Of a stretch of DNA of 64,000 bases, positions 1-15,484 are shown one piece after another. The first letter of the stretch is position 1, and the number at the start of each line of letters is the position of its first letter. Where the stretch lies: the NCBI RefSeq assembly GCF_009914755.1, contig NC_060935.1, one strand, 5' to 3'. Source of the stretch: the human T2T-CHM13v2.0 reference genome, Homo sapiens. The notes under the pieces were generated by a model that ran no database searches, had not been told where the DNA came from, and saw only the letters and a list, made by a program, of their open reading frames with translations. Made by a program: the position numbers and the translations under genes.

Positions 1-141
1 TTATCCAAAAAAGACATGAAGAAGCAATTCACAAAGAAGCATAAAAATAAGCATGATTAAATATTTGCAATTTCATTAATAATACAAATGCAACTAAATA
101 GAATATACCATTTTCAGTCATCATATTAGCAAATATTTGGG

Positions 142-497
142 CTTTTTATTATAAATTTAAGGGGTACAAGTGCAGTTTTGTTACATGAATATATTGCATC
201 ATGAAGTCTGAGCTTTTAGTGTAACCATCACCTGAGTAATGTACTTTCTACCCACTAAGTAATTTCTCATTCCTTCCACTTTCCCACCCTCCCACCCTTC
301 CAAGTCTCCAATGTCTATTATTCCATACTCTTATGTCTATGTGTACACAATGTAATATTTAGCTCCCACTTAATAAGTGAGAACATGTGGTATTTCACTT
401 TCTGTGTCTGAGCTGTTTTAGTTAATATAATGACCTCCAGTTCCATCCATGTTCCTGAAAAAGACATAATTTTATACTTTTTTATCTGAATAGTATT

Positions 498-544
<47 letters not shown>

Positions 545-1390
545 TTAGGTGGATTCCATATCTTTGTTATTGTGAATAGTTCTGCAATAAACATACAACT
601 ACAGGTTTTTTTAAATATATAATAATTTCCTTTGGGTAGATTCTTAGTAGTGAGATTGCTAGGTCAAATGGAGCTCTACTTTTAGTTCTTTAAGAAATCT
701 TCACACTGTTTTCCATAGAGGTTGTACTAATTTACATTCCCGTAAACAGTGTACAAGTGTTAATTCTTCTCGGCATTCTTGCCAACATCTGTTATTTTTT
801 GACTTTTTAATAGTAGACATTCTAATTGGTATAATATATTTCATTGTGATTTTAATTTGCCTTTCTCTGATGATTGGTGATGTTGAGTTTTTTTCAAACT
901 CTTCTTGGCCATTTTTATGTCTTCTTTTGAAAAATGTCTATGTCCTTTGCCCACTTTTTAATGGAATTATTTGTTCTTTGTGGTGGTGGTTGTTGAGTTG
1001 CTTGAGTTCCTTGTAAATTTAGGACATTAGTCCCCTGTCATACGCATAGTTTTCAAATATTTCTCCCATTTTGCAGGTTGTTTCTTCACTATTTCTTTTG
1101 CTGCGTAGAAGCTTTTTAGTTCGATTAAGTCTCATCTGTCTATTTTTGTTTTTGTTGCTTGTGCTTTTGAGATCTTAGTTATAAATTCTTTGCTAGACCA
1201 ATGTCCAGTAGAGTTTTTCCTATGTTTTCTTCTAGTATTTTTATAGTTTTAAGTCTTATATTTAAGTCATTAATATATCTTGCACTGATTTTTGTATATG
1301 GTCAGAGATAGGGATCCAGTTTCATTCTTCTGCATATGGCAGTCCAGTTTTCCCAGCACCATCAATTTTAAAGGGTATCTTTTCCACAAA
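142..1390 (-). mobile_element. L1MA-type LINE-1 3' fragment
   Basis: Reverse-strand L1 3'UTR (ggggtacaagtgcagttttgttacatg...tttagctcccacttaataagtgagaacatg) continuing into ORF2 C-terminal sequence (ggatccagtttcattcttctgcatatgg...ttcccagcacc). Confidence 0.9.
501..540. repeat. (GT)20 microsatellite inside L1
   Basis: Read directly. Confidence 0.98.
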
Positions 1391-2989
1391 TACTGGATAT
1401 TGATAGAAACATGGAAAAACAGAAGCTCTTGAATACTTTTAGTGTGAGTATAAATTAATACAACCATTTCAGAGGTCAATTTGTCAATAAGTACCACCAT
1501 CCTTGAGAATTTACAAACTATTTGTTCAGGGAATTCTGCTTAAAGACATTTATTTTGAGAAAATAATTACACAAGATATTTGTAAGCATGTTTATTAAAG
1601 CATTGTTTATACCAAAGAAAAATAGATGTAAGCTAGATATCCACCAATGAAACAGTGATTAATCTGCATGTGAATTGGTTAATGTAGGTATATCCATGTA
1701 TTGAAAATTAATATATGTATATCTTGTGTTCATAAGTTAATTAGACTAATTTGATAATATTTATTGGTATAAAAAAGCTTTCATGGCATTATCTCAAGAA
1801 AACAGTTTATGAAATACTTTGTATAATGTGGTTGCTTTTTGTTTGCTGTGGACTTATGTAGATATCACATGCTCATGTGTATATGTTCATGTATAAGGAG
1901 GGATGCACCAACTTATATGTTAACATATCAGCCCTCTGGGTGGTAAGAATTTAGGTTAATTTTATTTTCTTCTTTATTCTTTTCTATATTTTATGTGTGT
2001 GGGCATTTGAAAAAATATTGCATCCTGTTTTTTTCTCTTATGGTTTTGATTTATTCATTGTTTAAAAATATTTTTCTTTTCAGGACTATCTGAGAGCACC
2101 TGGTGTTTTGGGAAATTTTATTTTTGTTGGCTCTTGAGTTTGCCAGCTCACTCACAGTAGATTTTTTTTTTTTTGTCTGTTAATAACTCTGTGAGCTCAT
2201 TTTACCTGGGCCTTATCTATGGAAATTTTATGTGGCTTCATAGAAATTGTTTCCCTAAGGGAATTTTCCATCCAACCCAATGGTATTACCAGGTAGGGAC
2301 ACTTTTTATATTAATTTCTCAATTTGAGGCTTCCCTGACCATGAAAGTGGTGTACATTCACTTACCAAAGCAATATGAGGGCAGGCTCTTGTTGCAAATT
2401 CTCGATTTTGAACTTCCCACTTAGGGCACAAGTAGAAACATACAAGCTTCCTGCAGTCTTCCTGAGTTCGTGGTCAGTTCTTCTTTTGTTTCTCAGTTCA
2501 CACTTTCATCTTCTCTTCCCTTACTTTTAGGTTCTCATTTTTCCTTTTGGTCTTTTTTATCTTCACCCAGATCTTTTCATTTTTCCCATTTATTTATTTC
2601 CCTGTCATTACCAACTTCCTCACCTCATCCTTCTCTCCATCCATGTGAGGGTCTAAATTCAACTCTTACCCAGGTTGGAGCCCAGGAATTCACCCACCTC
2701 CTACAACTGGACATTAAAACTCAGGTTTCTTAGTTCCTGGAGATGGCATACTGTTGCATGATCCATTGTGTTTCTTTTAACTGTGACCATGCTGGCTCAC
2801 AAACTGGCTGCTTTCTCTAGCTTTATCCTTGTTTTTTGGCTTTTTATTATTTCCTTCACTTTCCTAAGAGCTCAGCTATGTATTTAAAATAATATCATAT
2901 TTTATCAAGCTTTACTATGTGTTTTGCAATACAGATTTTCAAGTTATGTCTTAGAAATGCAAATCTTATATAAATATGGAGAAAAACAA

Positions 2990-3110
2990 TAAGCTGTTAC
3001 ATTTTGGGAAACAAAAAATGATTTGCCCAAGGTCATAAATTGGCAGAGGCAAGATTTGAGTGTAGGTGTTCTGACTCCAAATCTTAAAATCTTTTTCCCT
3101 GTGTCCACTG
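2990..3110 (-). mobile_element. MIR fragment
   Basis: atgatttgcccaaggtcataaattggcagaggcaagatttgag...ctgactccaaa matches the reverse complement of the MIR 5'/core region. Confidence 0.75.
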
Positions 3111-4819
3111 ACCCAGGCCTCTTCAAAAATGAGCACAGTGAGTAAGGCAGAGAGGCAATGAGCATATCAGAAGGCCGAAGGTCTAGGTCTTTTCAATAAA
3201 TTTGTCACCTGTGTGATCTTGAGTAAATTTTATTCTCAGATCCTTAGTTTCATTATTGGTGACATCAGAATAACATTTAAGTTTGCTTATTGCCAATCTT
3301 GCTATTAGGACATCCATCAACAAAAGACTAAAAGTTCTTAAAAGATGATTAGAAAGAAAAAATAACACAAAAACAAAACAAACGCCCCCTCCCCCCATGT
3401 GTTTTCTTAGGACGGGATGGGATTGGGGGATTGTGTTTTGTGGAGGTGTGGGTAATGTTACAGATAGGTTGATCCTGGATATTTTGTTCATAGCTCACTC
3501 TTTATTTCCCTTGTCATCCTTTGTTATCAAGATTTCCGATTTCCATATGGTCCTTTCCATTTTTTCGTCTTTACAGTGCCATCTGATATTGCCAATATTT
3601 GTGTTCTGTCCATCAATTATTCTAACATTTATTAAAACCCTTTCTGGGGTTACAGAGAGATCATAGACTGTGAAGGAAATGGCTGAGTAGACTCACTGGC
3701 AGTCCGGTGAGATGAGGGTTAGACAGAGATGAACACAGAGGGCTGGGAGATCCAAGGGAAGGGAACTTCTTTCCACCTCTCTCCCATAAAATCATATCTG
3801 TCCTGTGTACTAGTCTAAAAAAGTCCTACCCCTAGCTAGATGAGTCAATAGATCAGAAAAAAAAAAAAAACTGACCTAGTTTGATAAAGGCTGTTAATTT
3901 CTATTCTTCAGGAAATAGGTTTTCTAGGGACAGTGCTCCAGTTTGAAGGAGTGATACTGCTGGTGGGGAACTCGGGCAGCCAGGCTGGCAGAGGGATTGT
4001 TTTGGTGCAGGAAAGCTTCTAATACATACCCCAATCACATCTTGTCATTTAACTACAGCAACAGATGGACTAGAAGAACCCTGAATGGACAGCTCAAGCT
4101 AGGTTTTTGCTTTAGAGCGACCTGACCAACATTGACAAGGTCCATTTTTTTCAGAAGAGGTAGCTTTATATACAGGTGGGAAAAACTTTCTTCTATGAAA
4201 TGCTATTCATATTTGTAACATGTACCTTTGGTGTGATCTTGTTGGAACAATATCACGTATGAGTATTGTGCAAAATTCAGTTTTGCTGTGACCTTTCAGA
4301 TGACCTGAGATGCCTCTATTTTTAGATCTGAGTTTATCAAAGTTATAGGCTACGGTAAACTTGTCCTACTGAGTAATCTGCTCAAGGAAATCAGGGGTTG
4401 GTAGAGAGAGTGGGGGTGGTTGAAAGGGGGTGACTAATCCTAGAATAGGTTAAAAAAACAAAACACTCAAAGTAGAAATATTAAAAATAGAGAAGCCTCC
4501 AGGACCAGATGGTCAGAATTGTGAACAAGCCTGGGGACAAAATTAAATAAACTCTCGGGGAAATATTTTGTCATCCTTCTAGAAGCCTGGATGGGCACTC
4601 AGAATTGCTAAAGAGCTTCCTGTGCCCCCTCCTCCATATAAAAGCTGCCGTAGTGAGAGTTAGCTAAAATCTGACCTACTTTCCAGGAAACTTTTTTGGT
4701 GAGATAGAAAAGGAAAGAAAACATGAAATGGTATCAAGTCAGTGGGGTGCAGAGATAGAAGCAGTGGCTTTGCTGTTAAGAAACCTGGACAACAGTGCTA
4801 GCTAACTCTGTCAATAATA

Positions 4820-5045
4820 ATAAGATGACAACTGACAGTTATTGTGTGCTAAGTGCACTATATATGTTACTTCACTAATGATTTAAGAACCTCAAATGTA
4901 CAGGGCTATTGCCCCCATCTTTCTGATACAGAGACACTGAGAAATGTTACATACCTTGTCTGATACTCCACAGCTACTAGGAAGTGGAGCCAAGACTTGA
5001 ACTTGGGTCACAGCTTAGAATAGGCTTCTAACCATATGCTTCACT
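4820..5045 (-). mobile_element. MIR
   Basis: cccatctttctgatacagagacactgagaaatgttacataccttgtctgatactccacagctactaggaagtggagccaagacttgaac. Confidence 0.75.
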
Positions 5046-5169
5046 GACTCATTTACCTACCTGACTGACCTTTGGAAAGTCACTTCCTCTCTCAGCTTCA
5101 TTTTATTTTATTTTATTTTTTTACCATCAAGTGACCCAGCTAGACTTTCCCATCTGTTAATAAGTAAGT

Positions 5170-5326
5170 GCATAATTATTAGTTTAATGTTCATCTCTCC
5201 CTCTCAGATTCTAACTGCCACAAGGACAAGGGCTTCATTGGAATCGCCATATTACCAGCACCTAGCACAGCATCTGTCTGGCATATGGCAGATGCTCAGT
5301 AAATATTCACTGAATGAATAAATGAA
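5170..5326 (+). mobile_element. L2 3' end
   Basis: ccagcacctagcacag...gcagatgctcagtaaatattcactgaatgaataaatgaa, the typical L2 terminus. Confidence 0.8.
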
Positions 5327-6056
5327 CCATAACAAATCTCTTTCACTTGTAAATCCTAAGATCCAACAACAGAAAAGTCAGATAAACCTTTTGCACCAAT
5401 CTCCCCTGTTTCTGGAGGGTCTTGCCCAGAGGGACATGGACTTGCTTGTAGGTTTCTCTGTGATTCTCTGCTCTTGGAGCCAACACTAATTTCTGCAGGA
5501 CAATTTCTATTCCAGATCTAACATTGTCACATTTTAAAGTCTCTTGATGTAATTTAAGAAACAATGGCCTAGTCGATATCAAGAACTTTAAAAGCCCATC
5601 CTTACTATTGGACCAGAAGTGAGATCAACCTCCACCTAATAGGAACTTAAGGGTTTAACCCCCTCCCCTACTGTTCTTTCTCCATAAAGCCTTCAGGACT
5701 GCTACAGTTGACCTTCTCTTCTGAGGACCACAGTGTGCAGCTTCACAAAATCCAGTATTACAAAATTCAGTACTTGTTCTCACCTTCTGTATTTAACAAC
5801 TTCCTTGTCTGCACGCGCTTGCTTTTCTTACCAACCACTAAACAAAAAGGTGGGCTGATCACATGATTTATAAAGGTCTCCAGAGTGAAAAGGAAGGTAA
5901 TCTGGAAGTTCATGAAGCTGACGAAAGATAAGACGTGGCTCAATCTACTTCCTTGCTACTTGTAGATGGCTGGAGAATGGCTATGCCTTGGCTTATTTCA
6001 GCAGCAACCTTGCTAATGGTGTTCTCAAAACTGTATTGTGAAGCTATTGCAGTTGG

Positions 6057-6064
6057 TGACGTCA
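6057..6064. promoter_or_regulatory. Full palindromic CRE (TGACGTCA)
   Basis: Exact motif with retained CpG in apparently non-repeat, CpG-poor DNA; function unproven. Confidence 0.3.
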
Positions 6065-6435
6065 GTCTGTTTTTCAAACAGACCCTGAATTTGTGTGCAT
6101 TAAGATATTAGAAACCTCTGTGCTTTCTTCTGTTCTTAATTTTATAAGTGTCTGGATAGTAAATACTATACCTTGATTACCTTTTGTATTCATTGTAGAA
6201 CAAATGATTTACAGGGTCTTTCAGTGCTAACATTCTGGGATTCATTTGCTTATATTCAGACTTTTAGAGGGTCACTAGGGTTGGGGGGTGGAGAGTAGGG
6301 AAAGCTGGAAACTGTGTTCTGACCCGGGAACCATTGATGTTATTTATATAGTCTCTCCCATTGGTTATTAATATTCTGGATGAATAATAGAGCCTGATGT
6401 CTGCTTTCTATTGAAGATCTTCATTATCATTGTTG

Positions 6436-6738
6436 TTTTAAAATTTTTATGGGTTTGGGGGTACAAGTGCAAACTTCCTACATGCATATATTGCATAATG
6501 AGAAGTCTGGGCTTTTAGCGTACCCATCACCTGAACAGTGAACATTGTACCCAATATGTAATTTTTTCATCCCTTGCCCCTCTTACACCATCCTACCTTT
6601 TGTAGTCTCCATTGTCTATTATTATTCTACTTTGTATGTTCATGTGTATCTACTGTGTAGTTCCTACCTGTAAGTGAGGAGATGCAGTCTTTGGCTTTCT
6701 GTTTCTGAGGTATGTGACTTAGAATAATGTCCTCCCGT
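6436..6738 (-). mobile_element. L1MA-type 3'UTR fragment
   Basis: gggggtacaagtgc...catgcatatattgcataatgagaagtctgggcttttagcgtacccatcacctga, homologous to 160-440. Confidence 0.85.
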
Positions 6739-7401
6739 GATGTCTACTCTTTTACTGTCTTGGGGATTCAACCTCATATTTCTTTTTCAAATTGTATGTT
6801 AAGCTTGCTGACTAGCAAATCTCAGGACAGTTTGGGGTAGAATTTTTCAGGGACATTTTGTAAAATTGATTTATTTTTCTTCATTAATTTTTCTTCAATA
6901 TAGAAAGCCCAGTTCTGAAACATTAGTTAACAAAGAAAATATTTTCACTTGTCAACAAAGGAATTGAAAACCTTGTTGTTTTAACATTTCCCAGAAATCA
7001 ATAGCTATAGTCATGTTCTTTATGAGCAAAAAATCTTCCCACTGTCCTATTATGGAAAGGAACGACTTACTGAAGGCAGAGCTGAGGCTCAGAGAGTTGC
7101 TAGGAGTAGGGGCAGAGGGCGGAACTCATATGTCAAATGACAGAGCTGAACTTTCATCTTATTTACATTTTGTGGATGTCAAGTTCTGAAGTCTGGTGCT
7201 CTTGTCCTTGTCTCAAACTGTCACCACTCCTGCCAAAAGTGTAATAAAGGAGATGCATTGATTATTCAAACTTCATGTTCAACATATTACATTCTTTTGT
7301 ATCTGTCATTTCTAGACATCTTTCCTCATACCTATCTTGATCCATCTAATGAAAGCGTATTTTGTCTCATGATGATCTTCTACATTAAGAATTTTTGTGG
7401 A

Positions 7402-7635
7402 GGTGGGGCGCAGTGGCTTACGCCTATAATCCCAGCACTTTGAGAGGCTGAGGCGGGTGGATCACTTAAGCTCAGGAGTTCAAGACCAGCCTGGCCAACA
7501 TGGTGAAACACCATCTCTACCAAAAACACAAAATGAGGTGGAGGTTGCAGTGAGCCAAGATTGTGCCACTGCACTCCAGCCTGGGTGACAGAGCAAGACT
7601 CTATCTCAAAAACAAAAAACAACAAAAATAAAAAA
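7402..7635 (+). mobile_element. AluS with ~75-bp internal deletion of the right-arm start
   Basis: Left arm and linker (aaaaacacaaaat) join directly to gaggtggaggttgcagtgagcc; 15-bp TSD AAGAATTTTTGTGGA at 7387-7401 and 7636-7650. Confidence 0.95.
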
Positions 7636-7689
7636 AAGAATTTTTGTGGAAACTGAGGGCCTTTTGGGGAAATTTCTTAGTTTGCTTTC

Positions 7690-9480
<1,791 letters not shown>

Positions 9481-9839
9481 TAGCCAGGAAATATACATTT
9501 TAAATTTAGGTGTTTTAATTGTATACAAAGAGTCATCTTTTGCTATTAAGAAAGACTCAACACATCTCAAAAGATAGAAATCATTTAGGGTATATGTTTC
9601 ATGAATACATAGAGCTATAATAAACCTCTAAAATAAGGGATATGAAGGATTGATAAACCAGGAATTCAGGATAATGGTTACCTTTTGAAGGGGGAATGAG
9701 AATAGATAAGGAATGGACCAGGCACCAAGCAGTTAGAAGCACATTATTGTAATATTCCTAGTTTCCATTTTGAATTGTGCATTCATAGATATTTATTATA
9801 TGTTTAATATAAACAATCAGTATGTTTATATAACATAAT

Positions 9840-11620
9840 ATTTTACTGTTGAGACCTATTTCAAACATATAGAAAAGGACTGGAAATTGTAACTCCCCCA
9901 CAACACAAGATTAAATTATGTTAGCATTTTGCTTTGTTTCAGGTGAGATTTTTCTTTATAACCTTTAAAAAATAATATGTAACAGATACCACCAAAGATT
10001 TTTAACCTATTCTTTTCTTCTTATTTCTGTACTAGAGAGAACCACTACCCCAAAATGATATGTGTTATTCCCCCATGGAAGTTTGTATACTTTTACTACC
10101 TTTGAATATAATGATAAATTATAATGTATTGTTTGTGTGCTTATTTTTAAAAATACTGTTATATTTTGAAACTTACTGAGAATATATTTTATTGTAACTT
10201 CTATATAATCTATTATATAAATAAATCAGTTTGTTTGTCCATTCCTCAACTTTTTCATTTTTATGAATGGTAAATATTCCTTTTACATTTATATTTGTGT
10301 ATATGTGAATATCTCTGGGGTATATATATAGTAGCCAAATTTTATTTGATATTGTAAGATTGGTCTTCAAAATGACTTTAATAAATTACGTGGTTACTAA
10401 CAATGCACAAAAAGTAACATTTCCTTACATCCTTGCCCTACTTGATGCCCATTTAACAAAACTTAGATTTTCCGAAGTCCAGACTAATTGAACATCTTTT
10501 CAAATACATATTGGTTAAGAATTTTCTGCAATTGTGTTTCTCTCTGCCTTATTTCTTACATCTTTTGCCTTATTACTATGAATCTATTTGCCTTTTAAAT
10601 ACTGATTTATAGTGGTGTATACGCACGCATATTTTGTATGTTCTGTGTACTAATCTTTTGTAAGTTTTATGTATTACAAATATATTATTAGAAGCTATGT
10701 CTTATCTTTACACTTTATGACATGCCATTCAAAAGTTTTAACTGTAACACAAGCAGATTTATCACTTTCTATTTTGTCCTTTTACTATCTTACTTAATAA
10801 GTCCTTCCATAAGCTACAGGTCATGAGCATTTTTTTCTGTATGTTCTAAAAAACTTCATATTTTATTTTTTAAATATAGCTTTTAAATCTACTTGTTGTT
10901 TCTTGTGGATTTTCCATGTAGATAATCATGCCATCTGTAAACAAAGAGAGTTTTGTTTCCTTCTTCCAAATCTGTATATGTTTTATTTGTTTTTCTTATC
11001 TTATTGCATTACCTAGGACTTATATTATAGTATGATATTGAAAAGGATTGGTGGAGGGAGTATCCTTTACTGTTCCTGGCCTTAGCAGGAAAATTTCTAA
11101 TTTCTCACCATTAAGTATGATGTTAAATGTAGGTTTTGAAGATGTTCTTTATTAAGTTGAGAAAGTTCCCTTTTATTTCCAGTTTGCTGAGAATATTTTT
11201 TTAATCATGAGTGAGTCTTAGATTTTGTCAGATGCTTTTTTCTGTATCTCTTGGTATGATCACATGATTTTTCTTCTTATAGCCTGTTGATATGATGGAT
11301 CACATTCATTGATTTTTGAATGATGAACCAGCCTTGCATATCTGAGATAAATCCCAGCTGCCAGTGGTATGTAATTCTCTTTATACATTGTTGGATTTGA
11401 TTTGCTAATATTTTGTTAAGGATTTTTACATCCCTGTTGAGAGATATTGGTATGTAGTTTTCTTGTAATATTTTTGTGGTTTTAGTATTAGGATAATGCT
11501 GGCTTCACAGAATGAGCTAGGAAGTATTCTCTGCGCATCTGTGTTTTAGAACAGATTGTAGAGAATTGGTATAATCTCTGCCTTAAATGTTTAGTAGAGT
11601 CTCCCAGTGAACCCATATTG
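9840..11620 (-). mobile_element. Old L1M fragments (3'UTR piece then ORF2 piece at ~10900-11620)
   Basis: gataatcatgccatctgtaaacaaagagagtttt...tgaaccagccttgcatatctgagataaatcc...gatattggtatgtagttttctt = antisense ORF2 RT region. Confidence 0.8.
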
Positions 11621-12069
11621 TTGCTCCACTTCATGTCTATTTTCTCTGCCTGGAAAGCTCTTCCTCATTTATTATATCCGTAAAACTGTGACTTACCCCT
11701 TCTTTCTCTTTTTCTGGGAAAAAATTACCATATATGTATTTTTTTCTCTAAAGTGCCGGACACCAGGTCTATGATCCACTTTCTACCACCTTTCACTTTG
11801 CCTCTTGAGGTCTCTCTTTTTGGAAGTATGCCTGCTATGTGAGGCAGACTCCTCAACTCCCTCCTTTTCTTCTCTTTTGAAGACATGGCCATAGGTCATT
11901 TTTAGTGCAACAGTCTTTATTGCTTATCATTGTGGAAAAAGATAATTAAAGGTGCAACAAAAATGGTTAACAAAATGTAATATAATTAAAGGTGGAATTG
12001 ATCTTTTTTGGTTCTTAGAATAATAATTTTTGCCTATGTTTCTCCTTTTTTGAGTTTTTAAATTTACAA

Positions 12070-12420
12070 AATAAGATAGGCAAGGTGGTAGTGTGGTAAT
12101 AAATAACCCCCAAATATCAGTGGCTAATCACAGAAAAGTTTGTCTTTCTCATGCTACATTTCCATCCAACATGGTCACTCAGGGACCCACACTAATGAAA
12201 GAGCAACCAATTCCAATACTGCTGGCTGTGGCACTGGAGAACAAAAAGACTTTAGGGCAGGTGAGGAGTTTCACTCTGGTCTTCAAGTGACACAGATTTT
12301 TCTCTCAAAACTCATTGAGCAAACCTAGTCATGTGACCCCCCCTTGATAACAAGGCAGTCAGGACATAATGAAAAATTTGCAAATATATGGGGGAACAAA
12401 ATGTTAATTCCTATCACAGT
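12070..12420 (-). mobile_element. Ancient MLT1-type (ERVL-MaLR) LTR
   Basis: taataaataacccccaaatatcagtggctaatcacagaaaagtttgtctttctcatgctaca...ctcattgagcaaacctagtcatgtgacc. Confidence 0.6.
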
Positions 12421-12724
12421 GAACAAAATTATCTTTATATTTCTAGAGAAGGTCTCCCAACTCTAGCCTTTCTCCAAATTTAGGGGAAAAGCATTGCAAC
12501 CTCCTCCTCCTCACAATATGAAGTAAAGTTGCTAAGAATATCTGGATAAAATTATACACATATTCATGTTTTATGAAGACAAAGACAGTTTTCACTTTTA
12601 AGAATATTAGAATGAGAGATACCTATTTCAGGGACCTCTGATTCACACAGGAATAGTTCCCTTTATGCATTTGGAGTATATTCTTAACTCTATCTGTAAA
12701 CCTAGGATTAATAATAATAATCAA

Positions 12725-12965
12725 TAGAATAATAATAATGAAACCTGACAATAATTTGGTGATTACTATGTCCCAAACATAATCTAAGACATTTATATGT
12801 ATTAATTCATGTAATTCTCACAACCCTCTGTAGTAGATAATAACAGTATTCCCCTTTTATAGATGAGGAAACCATTATAGAACACAAGACTGTGAGAAAA
12901 CTTGCCCAAAGTCCTGCAGCTAGCAAGCCAAGGAGTTGGGCTTTTATTTTGAGCATTCTGACTCA
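12725..12965 (-). mobile_element. MIR
   Basis: attccccttttatagatgaggaaac...aacttgcccaaagtcctgcagctagcaag. Confidence 0.85.
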
Positions 12966-12979
12966 GTTACCATGGTAGA

Positions 12980-13361
12980 TGTATTAGTTCATTCTCACAC
13001 TGCTATAGAGAACTCCTTAAGACTGGGTAATTTATAAAGAGAAGAGGTTTAATTGACTCAAAGTTCTGCATGGCTGGGGATGCCTCAGGAAACGTACAAT
13101 CATGGCAGAAAAGGAAGCAAACACGTCCTTCTTCACATGGCAGCAGGAGAGAGACGTGCCAAGTAAAAGTGGAAAAAGCCCCTTATAAAACCATCAGATC
13201 CCGTGAGAACTCACTCACTATCATGTGAAAAGCATGGGAAGACTGCCCCCATGATCTAATCACGTCCCACGAGGTGGGGATTATCCCAACACGTGGGGAT
13301 TAAAATTCGGATTACAATTCAAGATGATATTAGGGTGGCGGTGCAGAGCCAGACCATATCA
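12980..13361 (-). mobile_element. THE1 (THE1C/D-like) solo LTR
   Basis: tgtattagttcattctcacactgcta...cagagccagaccatatca; 5-bp TSD GTAGA at 12975-12979 and 13362-13366. Confidence 0.95.
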
Positions 13362-14438
13362 GTAGATTAGCTTTCTGTCTTTCACTTTCTTCACTAGGCT
13401 ACTTGATGTGCTCATATTATTTATTTTATCTTGATTTTGTGATATCTTCCTTCATCTAGACTGGTACCCTTAGTATAAACCAATATGCAAACAATAGCTT
13501 CCCTGCATCAGAGACAAACTTTACTGATTTTTCCCTCCTTCCTCACTAATATAAGATCTTTTAGTCTGTTTTTAGGTATTTTTGAAGCATTTGATAATCT
13601 TAGCCACGTTGAACCAATGCCATTGATAAAATGTCATGGGCCATGCCACTGACTCACTACTAACATCCTAAAGTAGGTTATCTGCTCCATTTTCCTTATC
13701 AGTCATGATCCAGTCATAAGGAAGGACCACTTTAGGCATTTCAAAAGAGGCATTTAGTAAAAGGAATTGGCAAGGTCTGGGAGGGGAAGAGTCAAACAGG
13801 AAGTAGTGAGGTAACCTAGTGTTTATAAACAGCAGAAGGCTACCACTGTCTCCAGGGCTAGGAAGACAATGGGAGGAAATTTGTTTCCAAAATCCAGAGA
13901 CAGGACTATTTAATAAAAGTCAGACCAAGACAGGGCTGCCTAGCATACCTGGGATCACAGGAGGGGCTGTCTAGTGGTAGCTTGAACCATGGCAAAAAAA
14001 AAAATCTGCTAAAGTTTCTACCCAAGGTATTAAAAGAGATGAAAAATGCCCTGGCTTCTCTCTATCTGCTCTCTGGCATTCTACCAGATCCCCCCCACCC
14101 CCCCACATTGGCTAAGTATTTCCAGATGCCAGTTGAAAAGAAAGCCTAAGAAGTGTAGTTCCATGTGATACAGAGGAAACAAGGGGAAAGTCAGATAAAG
14201 GATTTGATAACAAATAGGCAATTGACTAATTGACTGACACACCAAACAACTCTGTAATTCTCTCTGAAACAAAGTGATAAATTGTATATAGCTCAGTCGG
14301 TATCATTAAAAATTCATTTCTCTCTTAAATCTATGTTATGTGATACAATCAGCTTGAATACATTTTTCACTTTTAAAGTGAATTATTTGATATAATGTAG
14401 ACACAGCCATAGTAAAATAAAAATTTACTAGTACATAC

Positions 14439-14586
14439 TCTAGAGATGATTTAGAGTGTATGGGAGGATGTGTGTAGTTTACATGTAAATACTATGCCAT
14501 TTTATGTAAGGGACTTCAGCATCCTGAAATTTTGATAGCTGTGAGGGCCCTGGAACCAGTCCCCCATGGATACCAAGGAACAACTG
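14439..14586 (+). mobile_element. MER2 (TcMar-Tigger) terminal fragment
   Basis: tctagagatgatttagagtgtatgggaggatgtgtgtagttt...ggaaccagtcccccatggataccaaggaacaactg. Confidence 0.85.
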
Positions 14587-14768
14587 CATTTTATTTCAGG
14601 ATTACTCACTGTGTTCTCCTGTGAACGCCCAGGAATAATAGTTTTCAGTTGATATGTGGAATTATGATCCTTAAGGGCAAAGTGGAGATCTATGACTGTC
14701 TATGTGACATAAATTTTTCTTGTTAAAAAGTTAGAACAAACAAACTGGTTTTGGTGAGTCATATAGAA

Positions 14769-14950
14769 CAGCACTTCCCAAATTGTGTTTTATACACTAA
14801 TCTTTTAAGATGTCCCATGGAAAAAAAAACTATAGTAAAATAAATTTGGGGAATGCTGCATAATGTATCCTCTTATAGGAAACTCACCATGTCTAAAGAG
14901 TTGATGACATTTGGAAAAAAATTAATTCTGCTTAAGCCAGCATTTCAAAA
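14769..14950. mobile_element. hAT-Charlie MITE (MER103-like)
   Basis: cagcacttcccaaattgtgtt...aaataaatttggggaatgctgcata...aagccagcatttcaaaa. Confidence 0.5.
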
Positions 14951-15484
14951 TAATACATTTTAAAGGAAGAGTCAGTCTCCTGCCATCAAGCAGGTGAGAG
15001 GTAGTAGGTGTCTGAACTAGGACCGTGACCACAGCGTTGATGTGATAGGTGGAGATGACAATGGGACATTGAATTGATGAAGACTGCCTTCAAATTAGAC
15101 TGGGAGTGGTACTAACTTGGAGAAGTCAAGAGAAGCCAAAGAGATCTTTGGCAAATTTTATAATTTTGAAAGTTATCAAGAGAATAGTTGTGTTAATAAC
15201 ACACATGGGGATGTATAAGAATATTTATTGCAGCATCATTTATAGAAGTAAGAATCTAAAAACAAAGAAATACTCATCTGTCATAATTATTGAATATAAT
15301 AACATATTAAATATATACTGCAATACATATAGGATTATTACACCCCTATTAAAAAGAATGAGTAGCCTCTATACTAATAGATTTGGAAAAATTTACATGA
15401 TGTTCAGTGACAAAAGCAAGTACGCAGAATATGGATCAATTTTAGCCAAAAAAAAAGAAAAGATATGAGAATGTTAAAAAATGT

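Larger units (their letters stand above)
1..2000 (+). mobile_element. Ancient L1 (L1ME-like) ORF2-end/3'UTR remnant, interrupted by the younger L1 at ~142-1390
   Basis: 1-135 and ~1390-2000 read as consecutive degraded L1 3' sequence (aagcaattcacaaagaag...ataccattttcagtcatcatattagcaaat, resuming with ...tacaaccatttcagaggtcaattt...gtttattaaagcattgtttata); boundaries approximate. Confidence 0.6.

Noticed and set aside
142-6738. Similarity between 160-440 and 6440-6738 as a segmental duplication
   Set aside because: Both are L1MA-type 3' ends with divergence compatible with independent insertions.
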